64,000 nucleotides of DNA from Squalus acanthias. Taxonomy: Eukaryota. Position 1 is the stretch's first letter; each line of letters starts with the position of its first letter. Positions 49,835 to 63,685 of this stretch are shown here, piece after piece. The stretch covers positions 19,346,001 to 19,410,000 of the forward strand of contig CM059432.1 in the NCBI GenBank assembly GCA_030390025.1. Direction: 5' to 3'. Made by a program: the position numbers and the translations under genes. A model generated the notes under the pieces. The model saw only the letters and a list, made by a program, of their open reading frames with translations. It ran no database searches and was not told the origin of the DNA.

Positions 49835-51835
49835 ACTGCCCTATGTCCAACCTCCATTTCCTCTGGAATGTATTGTCGCCTCCCAAATCCATACCCATTT
49901 TTCCTGCAAATCCATGTTTTAATCTCTCCAATTAGGTTACTGTCCCTGCCACAGCATCAAAACAGCCCCAGCCAAAGTCACAAATGGGATCCTTGGTGAC
50001 TGTGACCATGGTGCATTTTCGCTCCTTGACCTCACTACAGCATTTGACAGGGTCAACCACACCATTCTCCTCCAATTCTTTTCATCCATTGACCGTTCAG
50101 TGAAATTACCCTCCCTTGGTTCCACTCTTGCCTATCTGATCATAGCCAGAGCATCTCTAACAATTGCCCCCTCCTCTTCCTTATCTACATGCTGTCCTTT
50201 GGCAACAGCATCCACAGACATGGTGGCAGCTTTCACATGTACACTGAAAAACCCAGGTCTACCTCTCCACCACCTCTTGATCCCTCTACTGCCTCTGTGT
50301 TATAAGCCTGCTTGTCCAATATTCAGTCTTGGATGAGCCACAATTTTCTCCACTGAAGCGGAACTTCTGACCCCATATCCTCTGCAACACAAAGTCCGCC
50401 AACTTCCGTGTCTAAGTCATTGCCTGCCTCTGCTACTGCCTCAGCTCATCCGCTACTGAAACCCTTATCCTATCCCACACCAGGTCCTGCTCACCTGACA
50501 CCCCTGTCCAAGCTGACCTACAATGATTCCGCTTCCCCTAACACCTCCATTTAAAAATTCTTACAGGGAAAAATTCAGTTGGTTGCGCCTCCCTTTAGCG
50601 CCTTAAGAGGGCGCTAATGGGGCGCAAAGCAACTAGCGCCCGGGCGCGGCGATGTTTGCGCCGCTCGCAAAATTAACTAGACATTTTGCAGCAGCGCTAA
50701 ACAGTACTGCCACGATCTCCTGCCCCTCAGATCGTGACGTCAGTCGAGTGCGCAACACCCCGGTAGCGCCCTGGAGCGGATATTGAGTGGCGCCCCCTGC
50801 CTTACCGCCTGCCAATAGCAACGACAGGTTGAAGGGAGCGTTTTGCAGTCAGGAAGGGACTGGTGGAGCGCTATTTAAAGGCGACCGCTTCCTACCTTTT
50901 TTTGTGGGCGACATTTTTGAACCACGCATTCTGAGAGACAGAGAGAGAGACTTCTGGAGAGATTCAACGCTGTGTGAAGGAGTTTTGGGTACTGAGCAGC
51001 ACTTTGCAGGTTCATTTTGATTTGCCCTTCCTTGTATCGATTTAGAAGAGATTGTGGGGGCTGCACTCTGAGCTCTTTCCCTGGGCCTCTCCATTGTGCT
51101 TTCCAGCAGATTTGATGTACAGGTCTCTCCAGGCCGAGATTCAAGGCTGCAATGAGCAGGATGTGGATGGAAAGCAAGATCAACCCTCCCCTTTAAGAAC
51201 TGGCTGGGCTCATTGCGTCTGTGTTCCATTGCTGACTGACATCACATGAGCTTCGCCAGCGCTCTGAGTTAGCGCCTCGCTCCTCGGCATTTGCGCCTTA
51301 AGACAGGTGTGCAGCGCCTGATTTAGCGCTCCACTCACCTCCAGGGGCGATAAAAGTCAAGTTTGCAGTCAGAGGCGATAATTAGCACCAGGCGCTAATC
51401 TTTGCGCCCGGCCGATAATTGCGCCCCAAACGGGGCGATACTGAATTTTTCCCCCTTATTGTCATGTTTAAATTCCTTCATGGTTTCGCCAATGTCTATC
51501 TTTGTAACATCTTCCAGCCCTATAATACACTCAAACTCTCCATTCTCTGACTATGGCCTTTTGTGCATCACTCCTCCCTTTGCCCCACCATTGGCAAAGT
51601 GCCTTCAGCTGCTACGGCCCCATACACAGATATTTCCTCCCTAAGCCTCTCCACCTCCCTTTCCTCCTTTAAGGCCCTTCTTGAAACCCATCTCTTTGGC
51701 CAAGCTTTTGGTTACCCCTCCTAATATCTTCTTCTTTGTCTCGGTATTCATTTATGTCTGATTGTGCCTCTTTGAAGTGCCTTGGGATGTTTTTCCACAT
51801 TAAAGGCTCTATATAAATGCAATTTGTTCTTGTTG
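49835..51835 (+). mobile_element. Degenerate L2 split by a MITE
   Basis: cttgacctcactacagcatttgac; L2 3' end aaaggctctatataaatgcaa. Confidence 0.65.
50564..51455. mobile_element. Harbinger-type MITE
   Basis: TIR GGGAAAAATTCAGT / ACTGAATTTTTCCC, canonical TTA TSD (50561-63, 51456-58). Confidence 0.8.
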
Positions 51836-51940
51836 AAAAATGGTTTGCAGATTGAGCTGGCTGTGCTGAATGGCTTTTTTCTCATTACTGGCTTCTTATA
51901 TTCTTTGACCAGCAGATACCGTCCTTCAGTTATTTATTAT

Positions 51941-54900
51941 GGGGGGGAAAATTAGGTACCATAATGCCTCCTGTTAGCACCAGCAGATGGCGCTAATGGG
52001 GCGCGAGAGCATTATCGCGGGGTGAGGCTAATCCAGCAGCGCACGGCAAATCCTGCACCCCGCAGTGCCACCGGTAACCGTTATCGCGAGGAGCATCAAT
52101 GCCAGGTGGATCTTGATGTCAGTGAGCGTGCAAAGCTCACCGACCGCCCGATCTGCGAAATTGATTGTCGCCACCTACCTTAGTGCCTGGAGTAAACAGC
52201 GACAGGGAGAGCTGGCGTGAAGCACCAGGAAGCTGGCTCCAGGGACATTATTTAAAAGGATCATCAGTAATCACTTGCAGCTGTCAGATTAGTAGAGTTT
52301 CAGTGATTTCTTGTCAGTTTCACATAGTTCAACAGTTTCATTAGTATTTTCAAGGTTATTTTGCATCAGAAGTGTTGTGGCAACTAAAAAGTAGTTACAT
52401 TTGGTAACATTAATGGGGGCTCTACTGGCATGCCACCTCGCCCTCCAGGATCTACAGCAGAGAGAGCAGCGAGAATGACTGGAACATATGGGCAGAGAGA
52501 TGAGGAGGGACATCAGGGCTCTCAGCAGGAGGCCTTACCCTCCGATGGTATTCCAAAAGCACTTCTCCTACCTTCAATGAAGCGAGGAGCAGTGTATTAG
52601 ACAGCTCCGCTTCACCAAGGAGGTGGTCAAAGAACTCTGCCACCTCCTCCAAATGGACCTCCAGCCTCACACCAGGATGACTTAAAGCCCACATCCCCTT
52701 TGTTCACCACACCCCCATCATTTCATCCCTCTTGCAGGCCATTTCACACGGCAAAGCTGAAATGACAGACACCACAAAAGAATGGTAAGTGAATTAACAC
52801 ATATTTACAACAAAAATATTAACTATTCACCCTTGTGCAATCATTTAGTGTCTCTCGTTACTGTGCCTTTGCCTACTCTAGTGCTCCTACAAAGTGTTGG
52901 CCCAGTGGCTGCAGCAGGCCTGGTGAAAGGCTGCTGAGTGTCCATGCTGGAGACTTTAGATGGCCTTGCAGCTCTGGGCTTGAAAGGCCCGGCTGTAGAC
53001 TGCACCACCTCAGCATGGGCGGCAGCAGTCTGGGCTGGCTGGATGACAGGCAGCGACAAGGGCAAGTGGAGTGGCAGTGGTGGGAGCAGGAATGCTGTCA
53101 TCCTGAGAAAGGACAGCAGATTTCTGCTCCACTGACCCACTGCCACTCCCCCAGGGCAGCACCTCAGCATCCCTAGCAATCTGTTGCAGCACAGATTGCT
53201 GGCCTGCTGCGACAGCATGAAAGCCCGGTCGATGATTGTAGACACAGCTACGATGGCAGCAGTCAGAGCTTGCGTGGCATCAAGCTGAGACTGCATGAGA
53301 GCAGTTTGAGATTGGATGCCACCAAGCATAGACTGCATTACAGCACTAAGACATTGCGTCGCTTCCACTTGTGCTGCAATGGAAGCTGCCACATCCCCCA
53401 TCACACGCGGCATCAAGTCTGGGTCGCCACGGTCTCTCTAGAAGTCTACCATCCTTTCCAGACCCACAGATTTGTGGTTGACTCTTAACTGCCCTCTGAA
53501 ATGGCCTAACAAGCCACTCAGTTGTAACAAACTGCTACGAAACACAATAATAAGAATTAAACCAGACAGGACCACCCGACATCGACCTCGGCACCGGCTG
53601 CGAACAAAGCAACAGCACACCCAGCCCAGTCGACCCTGCAAAGTCCTCCTCACCAACATCTGGGGACTTGTGCCAAAATTGGGAGAGCTGTCCCACAGAC
53701 TAGTCAAGCAACAGCCTGACATAGTCATACTCATAGAATCATACCTTTCAGTCAATGTCCCAAACTCCTCCATCACCATCCCTGGGTATGTCCTGTCCCA
53801 CCGGAAGGACAGAACCACCAGGGGTGGCGGCACAGTGGTATACAGTCGGGAAGGCGTGGTCCTGGGAATCCTCAACATTGACAATGGACCCCATGAAGTC
53901 TCATGGCTTCAGGTCAAGCATGGGCAAGGAAACCTCCGGCTGATTACCACCTACCGCCCTCCCTCAGCTGATGAATCAGTACTCTTCCATGTTGAACACC
54001 ACTTGGAAGAAGCACTGAGAGTAGCAAGGGCACAGAATGTACTCTGGGTGGGGGACTTCAATGTCCATCACCAAGAGTGGCTTGGTAGCACAACTACTGA
54101 CCGAGCTGGCCGAGTCCTGAAGGACATAGCTGCCAGTCTGGGCCTGCGACAGGTGGTGAGAGAACCAACACGAGGGAAAAACCTACTTGACCTCGTCCTC
54201 ACCAATCTACCTGTCGCAGATGCATTTGTCCATGTCTTCACACTGAGGACACCCTCCATCGTGCTGTGTGGCACTACCACCGTGCTAAATGGGATAGATT
54301 CAGAGCAGATCTAGCAGCTCAAAACTGGGCATCCATCAGGCGCTGTGGGCCATCAACAGCAGCAGAATTGTATTCCACCACAATCTGTAACCTCATGGCC
54401 CAGCATATCCCTCACGCTACCATTACCATCAAGTCAGGGGACCAACCCTGGTTTAATAAGGAGTGTAGAAGAGCATGCCAGGAACAGCACCAGGCGTACC
54501 TAAAAATGAGGTGCCAACCTGGGGAAGCTGCAAATCAGGACTACATGCATGCTAAAAAGCGGAAGCAGCATGCTATAGACAGAGCTAAGTGATCCCACAA
54601 TCAACAGATCAGATCAAAGCTCTGCAGTCCAGCCACATTCAGTCGTGAATGGTGGTGGACCATTAAACAACTAATGGGGAGGAGGAGGCTTCATGAATAT
54701 CCCCATCCTCAATGATGGTGGAGCCCAGCACGTGAGTGCAAAAGACAAAGCTGAAGCGTTTGCAACCATCTTCAGTCAGAAGTGCCGAGTGGATGATCCA
54801 TATCGGCCTACTCCTGAGGACCCCAGCATCACAGAAGCCAGTCTTCAACCAATTCGATTCACTCCACGTGATATCAAGAAACGGCTGAGCGCACTGGATA

Positions 54901-56915
54901 CAGCAAAGGCTGTGGGCCCTGACAAAATCCCGGCTATCGTGCTGAAGACTTGTGCTCCAGAACTAGCCGTGCCTCTAGCCAAGCTGTTCCAGTACAGCTA
55001 CAACACTGGCATCTATCCGACAATGTGGAAAACTGCCCAGATATGTCCTGTCCACAAAAAGCAGGACAAATTCAATCCGCCCAATTACCGCCCCATCAGT
55101 CGACTCTCAATCATCAGCAAAGTGATGGAAGGGGTCATCAACTGCGCTATCAAGCAGCACTTACTCACCAATAACCTGCTCACTGATGCCCAGTTTGGGT
55201 TCCGCCAAGATCACTCGGCTCCCGACCTCATTCCATCCTTGGTCCAAACATGGGCAAAGGAGCTGAATTCCAGAGGTGAGGTGAGAGTGACTGCCCTTGA
55301 CATCAAGGCAGCATTTGACCGAGTCTGGCATCGAGGAGCCCTGGTAAAACTGAAGTCAATGGGAATTGGGGGGAAAACTCTCCACTGGCTGGAGTCATAC
55401 CTAGCACAAAGGAAGATGGTTGTGGTGGTTGAAGGTCAATCATCACAGTCCCAGGACATCACTGCAGGAGTTCCTCAGGGCAGTGTCCTAGGCCCAACCA
55501 TCTTCAGCTGCTTCATCAATGACCTTCCCTCCAACATAAGGTCAGAAGTGGGGATGTTCGCTGATGACTGCACAGTGTTCAGTGCCATTCACAACTCCTC
55601 AGATAATGAAGCAGTCCATGCCCGCATGCAACAAGACCTGGACGACGTTCAGGCTTGGGCTGATAAGTGGCAGGTAACATTCGCACCATAAAAGTGCCAG
55701 GCAATGACTATCTCCAACAAGCAAGAATCTAACCAACGCCCCTTGCCATTCAACGGCATTACCATCGCTGAATCCCCCACCATCAACATCCTGGGGGTCA
55801 CCATTGACCAGAAGCTTAACTGGACCAGCCACATAAATACTGTGGCAACAAGAGCAGGTCAGAGGCTAGGTATTCTGCGGCGAGTGTCTCACCTCCTGAC
55901 TCCCCAAAGCCTTTCCACCATCTACAAGGCACAAGTAAGGAGTGTGATGGAATACTCTCCAGTTGCCTGGATGAGTGCAGCTCCAACAACACTGAAGAAG
56001 CTCGACACCATCCAGGACAAAGCAGCCCGCTTGATTGGCACCCCATCCACCACCTTAAACATTCACTCCCTCCACCACCGGCGTACCGTGGCTGCAGTGT
56101 GTACCATCTACAAGATGCACTGCAGCAACTCGCCAAGGTTTCTTCGGCAGTACCTCCCAAATCCGCGACCTCTTCCACCTGGAAGGACAAGGGCAGCAGG
56201 CGCATGGGAACACCATCACCTCCAAGTTCCCCTCCAAGTCACACACCATCCTGACATAGAAGTATATCGCTGATCCTTCATCATCGCTAGGTCAAAATCC
56301 TGGAACTCCCTCCCTAATAGCACTGTGGGAGTACCTTCACCACAAGGACAGCAGCGGTTGAAGAAGGCGGCTCACCACCACCTTCTCAAGGGCAATTAGG
56401 GATGGGCAATAAATGCTGGAATTGCCACATCCCATAAAAACGAATAATTGTTTTTTATAAGACTGGAAATGATGGGCTCCATGATGTGCACAGAGCCTTG
56501 TGCAATGTTGGAGGCAGACTCCTCCACGCTCCTTATCATTGCCTGAAAGTTTCTCAGCCACCCTTGCCAATGCACCTATCTCCGTGTGCATGCCCATCAC
56601 CCTTCTTCTAAACGCATCCCCATCAAGGTCCGCATCTGAGTCCTGTGCAGCAGAACTCGCACACTTACTCGCCCTCTGGGGAGCTGGCCCCCGAGCTACC
56701 CTTTCCCCCTGGCCTCACTGCAGCCCACTCGTCCCCGATGCCTCACCCTGTGCAGCTCTCGCTACTACACTAGCCTCTAAAGAACGCGTAGTGCCAGTAT
56801 CTGAGCTGGTGCCTGCGGGTGAGACATGCAGTGACGTGCTGTGTTCTTCCTCCTCCTCTTCTCCCACCTCGCTCTCTGCGGTGCCCTCAGGGACAGGCTG
56901 CTCAGGTGCTTGCTG
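51941..56915. mobile_element. Defective Harbinger (transposase N-terminus on +, partner-gene C-terminus on -) interrupted by a LINE
   Basis: 52412-52680 reads RRPYPP..F..HFSYL..SEEQCIRQLRFTKEVV.ELCHLL; low-complexity coiled segments on - at 52840-53430 and 56460-56910. Confidence 0.65.
53440..56450 (+). mobile_element. Near full-length APE-RT LINE (CR1/Jockey group), disrupted
   Basis: APE 53472-54314 (GDFNVHH); RT 54693-55691 (LDIKAAFD, GVPQGSVLGP, MFADD); frameshift near 54235, stops at 54590 and 55689; AATAAA near 56408. Confidence 0.9.
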
Positions 56916-56924
56916 ATTGTCTGA

Positions 56925-57073
56925 TTTTTGGATATTAAGGGAATCAAGGGATATGGGGATAGTGCAGGAAAGTGGAGTTGAGGTAGAAGATCAGCCATGA
57001 TCTTATTGAATGGCGGAGCAGGCTCGAGGGGCTAAATGGCATACTCCTGCTCCAATTTCTTATGTTCTTATGT
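56925..57073 (+). mobile_element. CR1 3' end
   Basis: (ttcttatg)n tail. Confidence 0.75.
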
Positions 57074-57089
57074 ACACACATTAACATTG

Positions 57090-59502
57090 TTTTTGTTATT
57101 AAAATTTGATGAATATGAAAGAAAGAATTCCCATAAAAGTGAAGGATCCAGCTTGTTCCCAAAGAATTCTGGGATACTTGACTATGTTAACTGAAAAGGT
57201 TCAGCTTGTTTCCAATGAATTCTGGGATACTTGACTATGCAGGTTTAGCTGACTGAAACACATTTGCAGACAGCAAGGGGCCTCTTCTCTTACCAAACTT
57301 CGGAATGTGTATATTCACAGCCTCAGTAGAGCCATTGTCGAAACACAGCCTGGCCTCCCAAGAGATAAGGGGGCAATTAACGACCAACACTGTTCCAGTC
57401 ACTGAACGCAAAAGCCATTACGGCCTTGAGCCATCTCGCTTGTTTGACTGTTAGGGATGAAATATGTTTTCTCAAACTATAAATTATGCCTACAAAGGGG
57501 AAGAGATAACAGCAAGAATTTGGGGAGTAGGATGAGACAACCAACATCTGTGGCTGGCATGGTCAGCAGGTATCCAAGTTCAAGGGGAGGGCCTGACAGT
57601 TGAGTGACTAACCATAGTATTCAACACCAACAACAGCCAATCTCCAGACACCATCCTACAACTCATCCGCTTCATCCTTGACCACAATGTCTTCACCTTC
57701 GACAACCAGTTTTTTACCCAAACACACGGAACAGCCATGGGAACCAAATTCGCACCCCAATACACCAACATCTTCATGCACAAGTTCGAGCAAGACTTCT
57801 TCGCTGCACAGGACCTCCAACCAACGCTGTACACCAGATACATCGACGACATCTTCTTCCTTTGGACCCACGGCGAAGGATCACTGAAAGGACTACACGA
57901 TAATATCAACAGGTTCCATCCCACCATCAAACTCACCATGGACTACTCCTCAGAATCGGTTTCATTCTTGGACACACGAATCTCCATCAAAGACGGACAC
58001 CTCAGCACTTCACTCTACCGCAAGCCCACGGACAACCTCACGATGCTCCACTTCTCCAGCTTCCACCCTAACCACGTTAAAGAAGCCATCCCCTATGGAC
58101 AAGCCCTGCGAACACACAGGATCTGCTCAGACGAGGAGGAACGTGATGGACACCTACGGACGCTGAAAGACGCCCTCGTAAGAACGGGATATGACGCTCA
58201 ACTCATCGATCGACAGTTCCGACGGGCCACAGCGAAAAACCGCATAGACCTCCTCAGAAGGCGAACACGGGACACAACCAACACAGTACCCTACGTCGTC
58301 CAGTACTTCCCTGGAGCAGAGAAACTACGCCATGTTCTTCGCAGCCTTCAACATGTCATCGATGACGACGAACACCTTGCTAAGGCCATCCCCACGCCTC
58401 CACTACTCGCCTTCAAGCAGCTGCCTAACCTCAAAAGTACCATCGTTCGCAGCAAATTACCCAGCTGTCAGGAGAACAGCGACCACGACACCACACAACC
58501 CTGCCATGGCAACCTCTGCAAGACATGCCAGATCATCAACACAGATACCATCATCACACGTGAGGACACTACCCACCAGGTACATGGTACATACTCATGT
58601 GACTCGGCCAACGTTGTCTACCTCATACGTTGCAGGAAAGAATGCACCGCGGCATGGTACATCGGCGAGACCATGCAGACACTGAGACAACGTATGAACG
58701 GACACCGTGCAACAATCGCCAGGCAGGATTGTTACCTCCCAGTCGGGGAACACTTCAGCAGTCAAGGACATTCAGCCTCGGATCTGCGGGTTAGCGTTCT
58801 CCAAGGCGGCCTTCAAGACACACGACAACGCAAAATCATCGAGCAGAAACGGATAGCCAAGTTCCGCACCCATGAGGACGAACTCAATAGGGATCTCGGG
58901 TTCATGTCACGCTACAGAACGTGACTCGACATCGTTGTCTGTCTTTCCAGTTTAAAAAAAAAACACAAAAAAAGTTAGTTAAAAGCTTAACTGCAGACGG
59001 CAGCATTTGACACATTGGACCCCCTGTGACCCACCTCATTGTCTTAGCTGTACTGTGATGTGTCTTTGATGTAATGCCTCCCTAACAGATTGTATCTCTG
59101 CAGACAAATTGTTCTCTGTGTATATATATACTATGTAATAGATTCCCTCACTGTACCTTTACCTGAAGAAGGAGCGGAGCTCCAAAAGCTCGTAATTTTA
59201 AATAAAACTGTTGGACTATAACCTGGTGTTGTGCGACTTCTCATTTTTAACCATATAACCAATAGAGAGTAACTGTAGTGACACTGTTTGTACATGTACG
59301 CCCCATTCTGTAGTAAGTGGGCGGTGCTTATAGAAATGTATAACTTGAATGAACCGTTACTTGTCCCTCAGAGAGTGCATCCCTAGCTTGAGGAAGCGGA
59401 GTGGCTCTCCCTTGTGCACAAGTCTTTTGTTTGTTTTAATAAATTCTGAACTTGTCCTCAATTCCGTCTCCGTCTGAGGTTTCTCCAAATTCGAATCTAA
59501 CA
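57090..59502 (+). mobile_element. Probable solo LTR remnant hosting a Penelope insertion
   Basis: Duplicated ~37-bp unit at 57150 and 57202; AATAAA near 59438; ends TAACA; 5' boundary and TSD unresolved. Confidence 0.4.
57620..59245 (+). mobile_element. Penelope-like element (RT C-half and GIY-YIG endonuclease)
   Basis: GTAMGTKFAP, RYIDD, FLD, YRKPT, VVYLIRC...WYIGET...R...H; open to 58924. Confidence 0.92.
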
Positions 59503-59977
59503 AAAGGATTTCAAGTTTGGTGCATATTATGAAATTATATAATGGGGGGTTATTTCTTTGAATTGTTCCTTATATTTGTAACAGTTCAGAATTGCCTGTT
59601 GCCAGGCTAAAGCAACTTACTTCAGCCATATGGCTGCAGAAAGACAAGACATTGGAAGAAAGTAAAAGTGTCAAAGAGGGTAGTTGTTACAGAGGTTAAT
59701 TGATGTACAGTTGATGACCCATCACATTAAATGGAGATATTTTTTAGCAATTAACCAATCATGGAATTGCCCTTCTGAGGAAGTGCACAGAATCATAAAT
59801 TGAAATGAGCGTTTCTGTTTTATTTCAAGTTTTATGTCTTGTGTAACAACAATATAAACATTAATATTTCATTCACTAGCTTTTAGCATATAATTAATAC
59901 TTAATAGCATGACACTCTAAAATACATAAATTATTTCATACAATGTAAACAGAAGAAAGTGAGAAAGAGGAAAGAAT

Positions 59978-60345
59978 AATAACAATTTGTATTTATAAAG
60001 CTCCTTTAACATTGTAAAACATTCCAAGGCACTTCACAGGAGCAATATGAAACAAAATTTGACACCGAGCCACATAAGGAGATAGTAGGGATGGTAGTCA
60101 AAGAGATAGGTTTTAAGGAACTTCTTCAAGGAGGAAAGAGAAGTAGAGAGGCAGAGAGGTTTAGGGAGTGAATTCCAGAACTTAAGGCCTTGGCAGCTGA
60201 AGGCACAGCCACCAATGGTGGAACAATTAAAATTGGGAATGCTCAAGAGGCCAGAATTAGAGGAGCGCAGATATCTCAGAGGGCTGTGGAGCTGGAGGAG
60301 ATTACAGAGATAGGAAGGAGCGAGGCCATGGAGGGATTTAAGCCT
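59978..60345 (-). mobile_element. L2 3' end
   Basis: LHGLAPSYLCNLLQ...GGCAFS...FWNSLP. Confidence 0.8.
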
Positions 60346-60426
60346 CTTCAATTTGGCTTGTCGCTTAGGTCTATGTTTATCTTCTGGCCTCAGTACACAG
60401 GGCATATCCCTCCAGTTCTTGGTGAA

Positions 60427-63400
60427 TATAGGGGGTGGTGTGGTAGGGTCAGCTTCACCTCTGACTCAGTGAGCGGTTTGAATCGCTCCCACGCCCCTGG
60501 TTCTAGACCTTGGACTTATTTGGGGGTCGTGAACAAAGGTGCAGTAGACAACAGGTTTTGATGAAAGAATTTTGACTTTTATTCAAGAAAGTAAAACACA
60601 ACACAAACACTCTTATCACTCTAAAGGTGGGGAACACTTCGGTACAAGCGAGGGAAATAACATTAGAAGAATACTTCACCCCTCCCAATCCCACTTCACT
60701 AGCTAGGTTGGACTCTGGAGAACCAGGGATAATGCTCACCAAACGAATCCTTGACAGTTGAGAGTTAGGGTTTAGAGTCTTTTGAGTAAAAGGTTTCGTA
60801 AGGCCCTTGTTGCCGCGAGGTGTCCGATGGTCACTGAGGCAGTCGTTCTGGTTTCTTCTTGCGTGTCGGCCTACTTCTGGAGCTGTTGGCTTTCTTTGTT
60901 GAACTGCTTTCTGTTTAAACTGTCTTCTTCCGAGCTGTGGAACTGCCTTCTGCCTGCTTGTTGAACTTGAACTGTTTTTCTGGAGAACTGGAGAACTCTC
61001 TTCTTACTGAACTGTCTCTTTAACTGCCCAACTTGCTTCTCCTGAACTCTGAAATTCCAGCACTGACTTCTGCTGAAAAACAGGCTTTTCAAATTGAACT
61101 GCAGAACTGCCTCCTGTTGAACTTGAACTGTTGTACTGCTTTTTTTTCGAACTTGTAACTGTTGAAAAAAACTGCTGAACTGCTTGATGGGCCTTCAATT
61201 ATACTAAATTGAAGTGGCCTTATCAAACCAAATCAAATCATTGTAAGACCTCGTTAACAGTAACGACTTTACTAGCATGTTAACTGGTTTTGTAAATGTG
61301 TGAAGTGGTTCAGGATAGCTCCATCCTGTCGATCTGTTGTTTAATCGGAGTTTGAATTGTCCTCATGTTTTGGGTTTCTTGACTGGGCCTAGGACTTCGA
61401 TCGAATATTTGCTTTATGCATGTCTTTAATGGGTTCTGTAGTCGGTTTGATGGGACCTGTTGTTTTGGGTGGGGCTGTCTCCTCCTAGGGTCTATTGTCA
61501 AAATGTTAATGCTTGCTGGGGCTTGAGTGAGGTCATCCCGATTCCCCAGACAATGCAATTTAACTACAATACCCAAAACTCCTTTTGCAGAGGTCGAACC
61601 CAACTTCCTTCACAGCCTTTTCCCCCTTCACAGGCCCAGACATGCTTTTAAAATGCCAAAACTTGGTTTTTGGTCTTGCAGTCTCTTAGGTTAGGCCCAA
61701 AAGCATTTTTATCACTGAGGTAGTTCCAAAGTCCTTTTTCCTTAGGTTTTGGGGATCTGCAAATTTTGGAAACCTTGGTCATGATACTAATTCAGGTTTA
61801 GTATCACAGGGGGGAGTGTAGGCTTCGCAAAATCCCCCAGAAACTCGTATAGAACCCTAAAAAGGGTGATTTTTGATTTTTATACGAATTTGGGATGATG
61901 GGACTAAATGAAGTGATCTGAGGTCAAAACCTCAGTTTGGAATATTTTTATGGATCAGGGAAGAAAAACCCTGAGGAAAATGACTTTGGATGTTACTATT
62001 GGGAAAAACCTCACAGTCACAGAGACAAGACAGGCTGCAGAGGGATGTGGCGAGGCAGTGGACAGCTTTTGGGTATTGGGGCCCGTCAAGCTGTCTGGGA
62101 AATGTTTGCACTGCAATCCAACCAGGGTGGAAGAGCCTCACCCAAAACCTCACATACACATCCAAAAATGAATAATCCAAGACCACTTTTGAAATCCCCA
62201 GGCCTCGACAGGATGCTAGAAGCCTGAAAACAATAAAACATCCAGTACACCCATTACCCCATCAAAAAACAATTAGCCAAGTATCTACAGGGACAGATTA
62301 ACAAGCCCGCCAAAAACCTAAGACAAAAGGGGCGAGATTTGGCGCGTAGATAAAGGTCCTGCCTTCATGGGAGACATCGGAAGCCATCAGGACAAGTAAA
62401 CATAAAATTAAACCCATCAAACTTAACGAGCCCGTCAAAACCTAAGACAAAAGAATGAACAGGCCTCAACTGAAACCTAAATCACTTCAACACGAAACCA
62501 ATTTAATAAAGCGGTTTTGGCGCGGAAAATACAATGGGCCTGAACGGTATAATTGAGGGCCTATTCCCCCAGCAAGACACAGCAAGTTACTCACTGCTAC
62601 AGGAGCAAGAGGAGGAGAGAAGCAGCAAGGCCACGAGGCAGACCCGGGGCGAGATCGGAAGCAGGGACAGACAAGGCAGGCAAGGGCTAGAGCTGAGGCC
62701 ACTGGGAGCGAGTCGGCATTGCTCAGTACACGGTCCAGCCCCAGGAGGTACCGCCCCGACAGGCTTCCAATGCAACAAATAGACGACCAGTGCCACCAAG
62801 GGCTCCACGAGGTAGACCGCCACTCAAAAGTACCGCGGGGACCAAGGCCCCGCGCAACGACCAATCACCAGGCAACCACGACCTAAACCAGCCAACCAGG
62901 GGAAACCCGAAGAAACGCCAACCCTACAACTACTCCTGGCTTACCCCTGGGTAAGACTTGCATGCAAAGACTCTAAACCTACAGCTAGAAGCAAAGAAAT
63001 CGGGTACTTACCTGATAAATCCACAACCACACCTTACCGCATCTGCGGACTCCACCCGACTGAGGAGCCTTCACAGATTCCACAGACCGGTACCACGTGG
63101 GGACGGCAGGCCCCAAAAAACATAAAGAGAGTACCCCAAAAACGCAATCAACTTACCTGGCTGGATTTCGAACTGTCAAAACCCCTGTTTGGTGAGCATT
63201 ATCCCTGATCTCCTGAAATCAAAACTTAGCTAGACAGTGGGATTGGGAGGGTAAGGTTTTTTTTGTATATTGTCCTTTCTCCCTCGCCTGTACCTGTGTG
63301 TTCCCAACCTGTTTAAGTGTTAAGTGTGTTTTAAGTTTGTTACCTTTTCTTTTAATAAAAGTCAAAATTCTTTCATCCAAACCTGTTGTCTACTGCACCT

Positions 63401-63510
63401 TTGTTCACAACTCCCAAATAAGTCCAAGGTCTAGAACCAGGGACGTGGGAGCGATTCGAACCGCTCACTGAGTCAGAGGTGAAGCTGACCCTACCACACC
63501 ATCCCCTACA
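60427..63510. mobile_element. Non-coding element with long terminal inverted repeats and a 5-bp TSD
   Basis: TSD GTGAA (60422-26, 63511-15); ends T(A/G)TAGGGG..CCCCTACA; about 170 bp near-identical, homology extending to about 335 bp. Confidence 0.85.
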
Positions 63511-63685
63511 GTGAATAACAAATTACTCTATTTTAATTTTGAATGTGTCAGTTGAACTCGCACTCACAGTGCTTACTGACTGATTATTCCATACCTTACA
63601 GTGCTAAGTGTGAGAAGCTTGCTCCTTGAAAAGGAAGGAACAGCTAGACGAAGTACATTTTGTTCAACCCCATGAAATCAGACTG

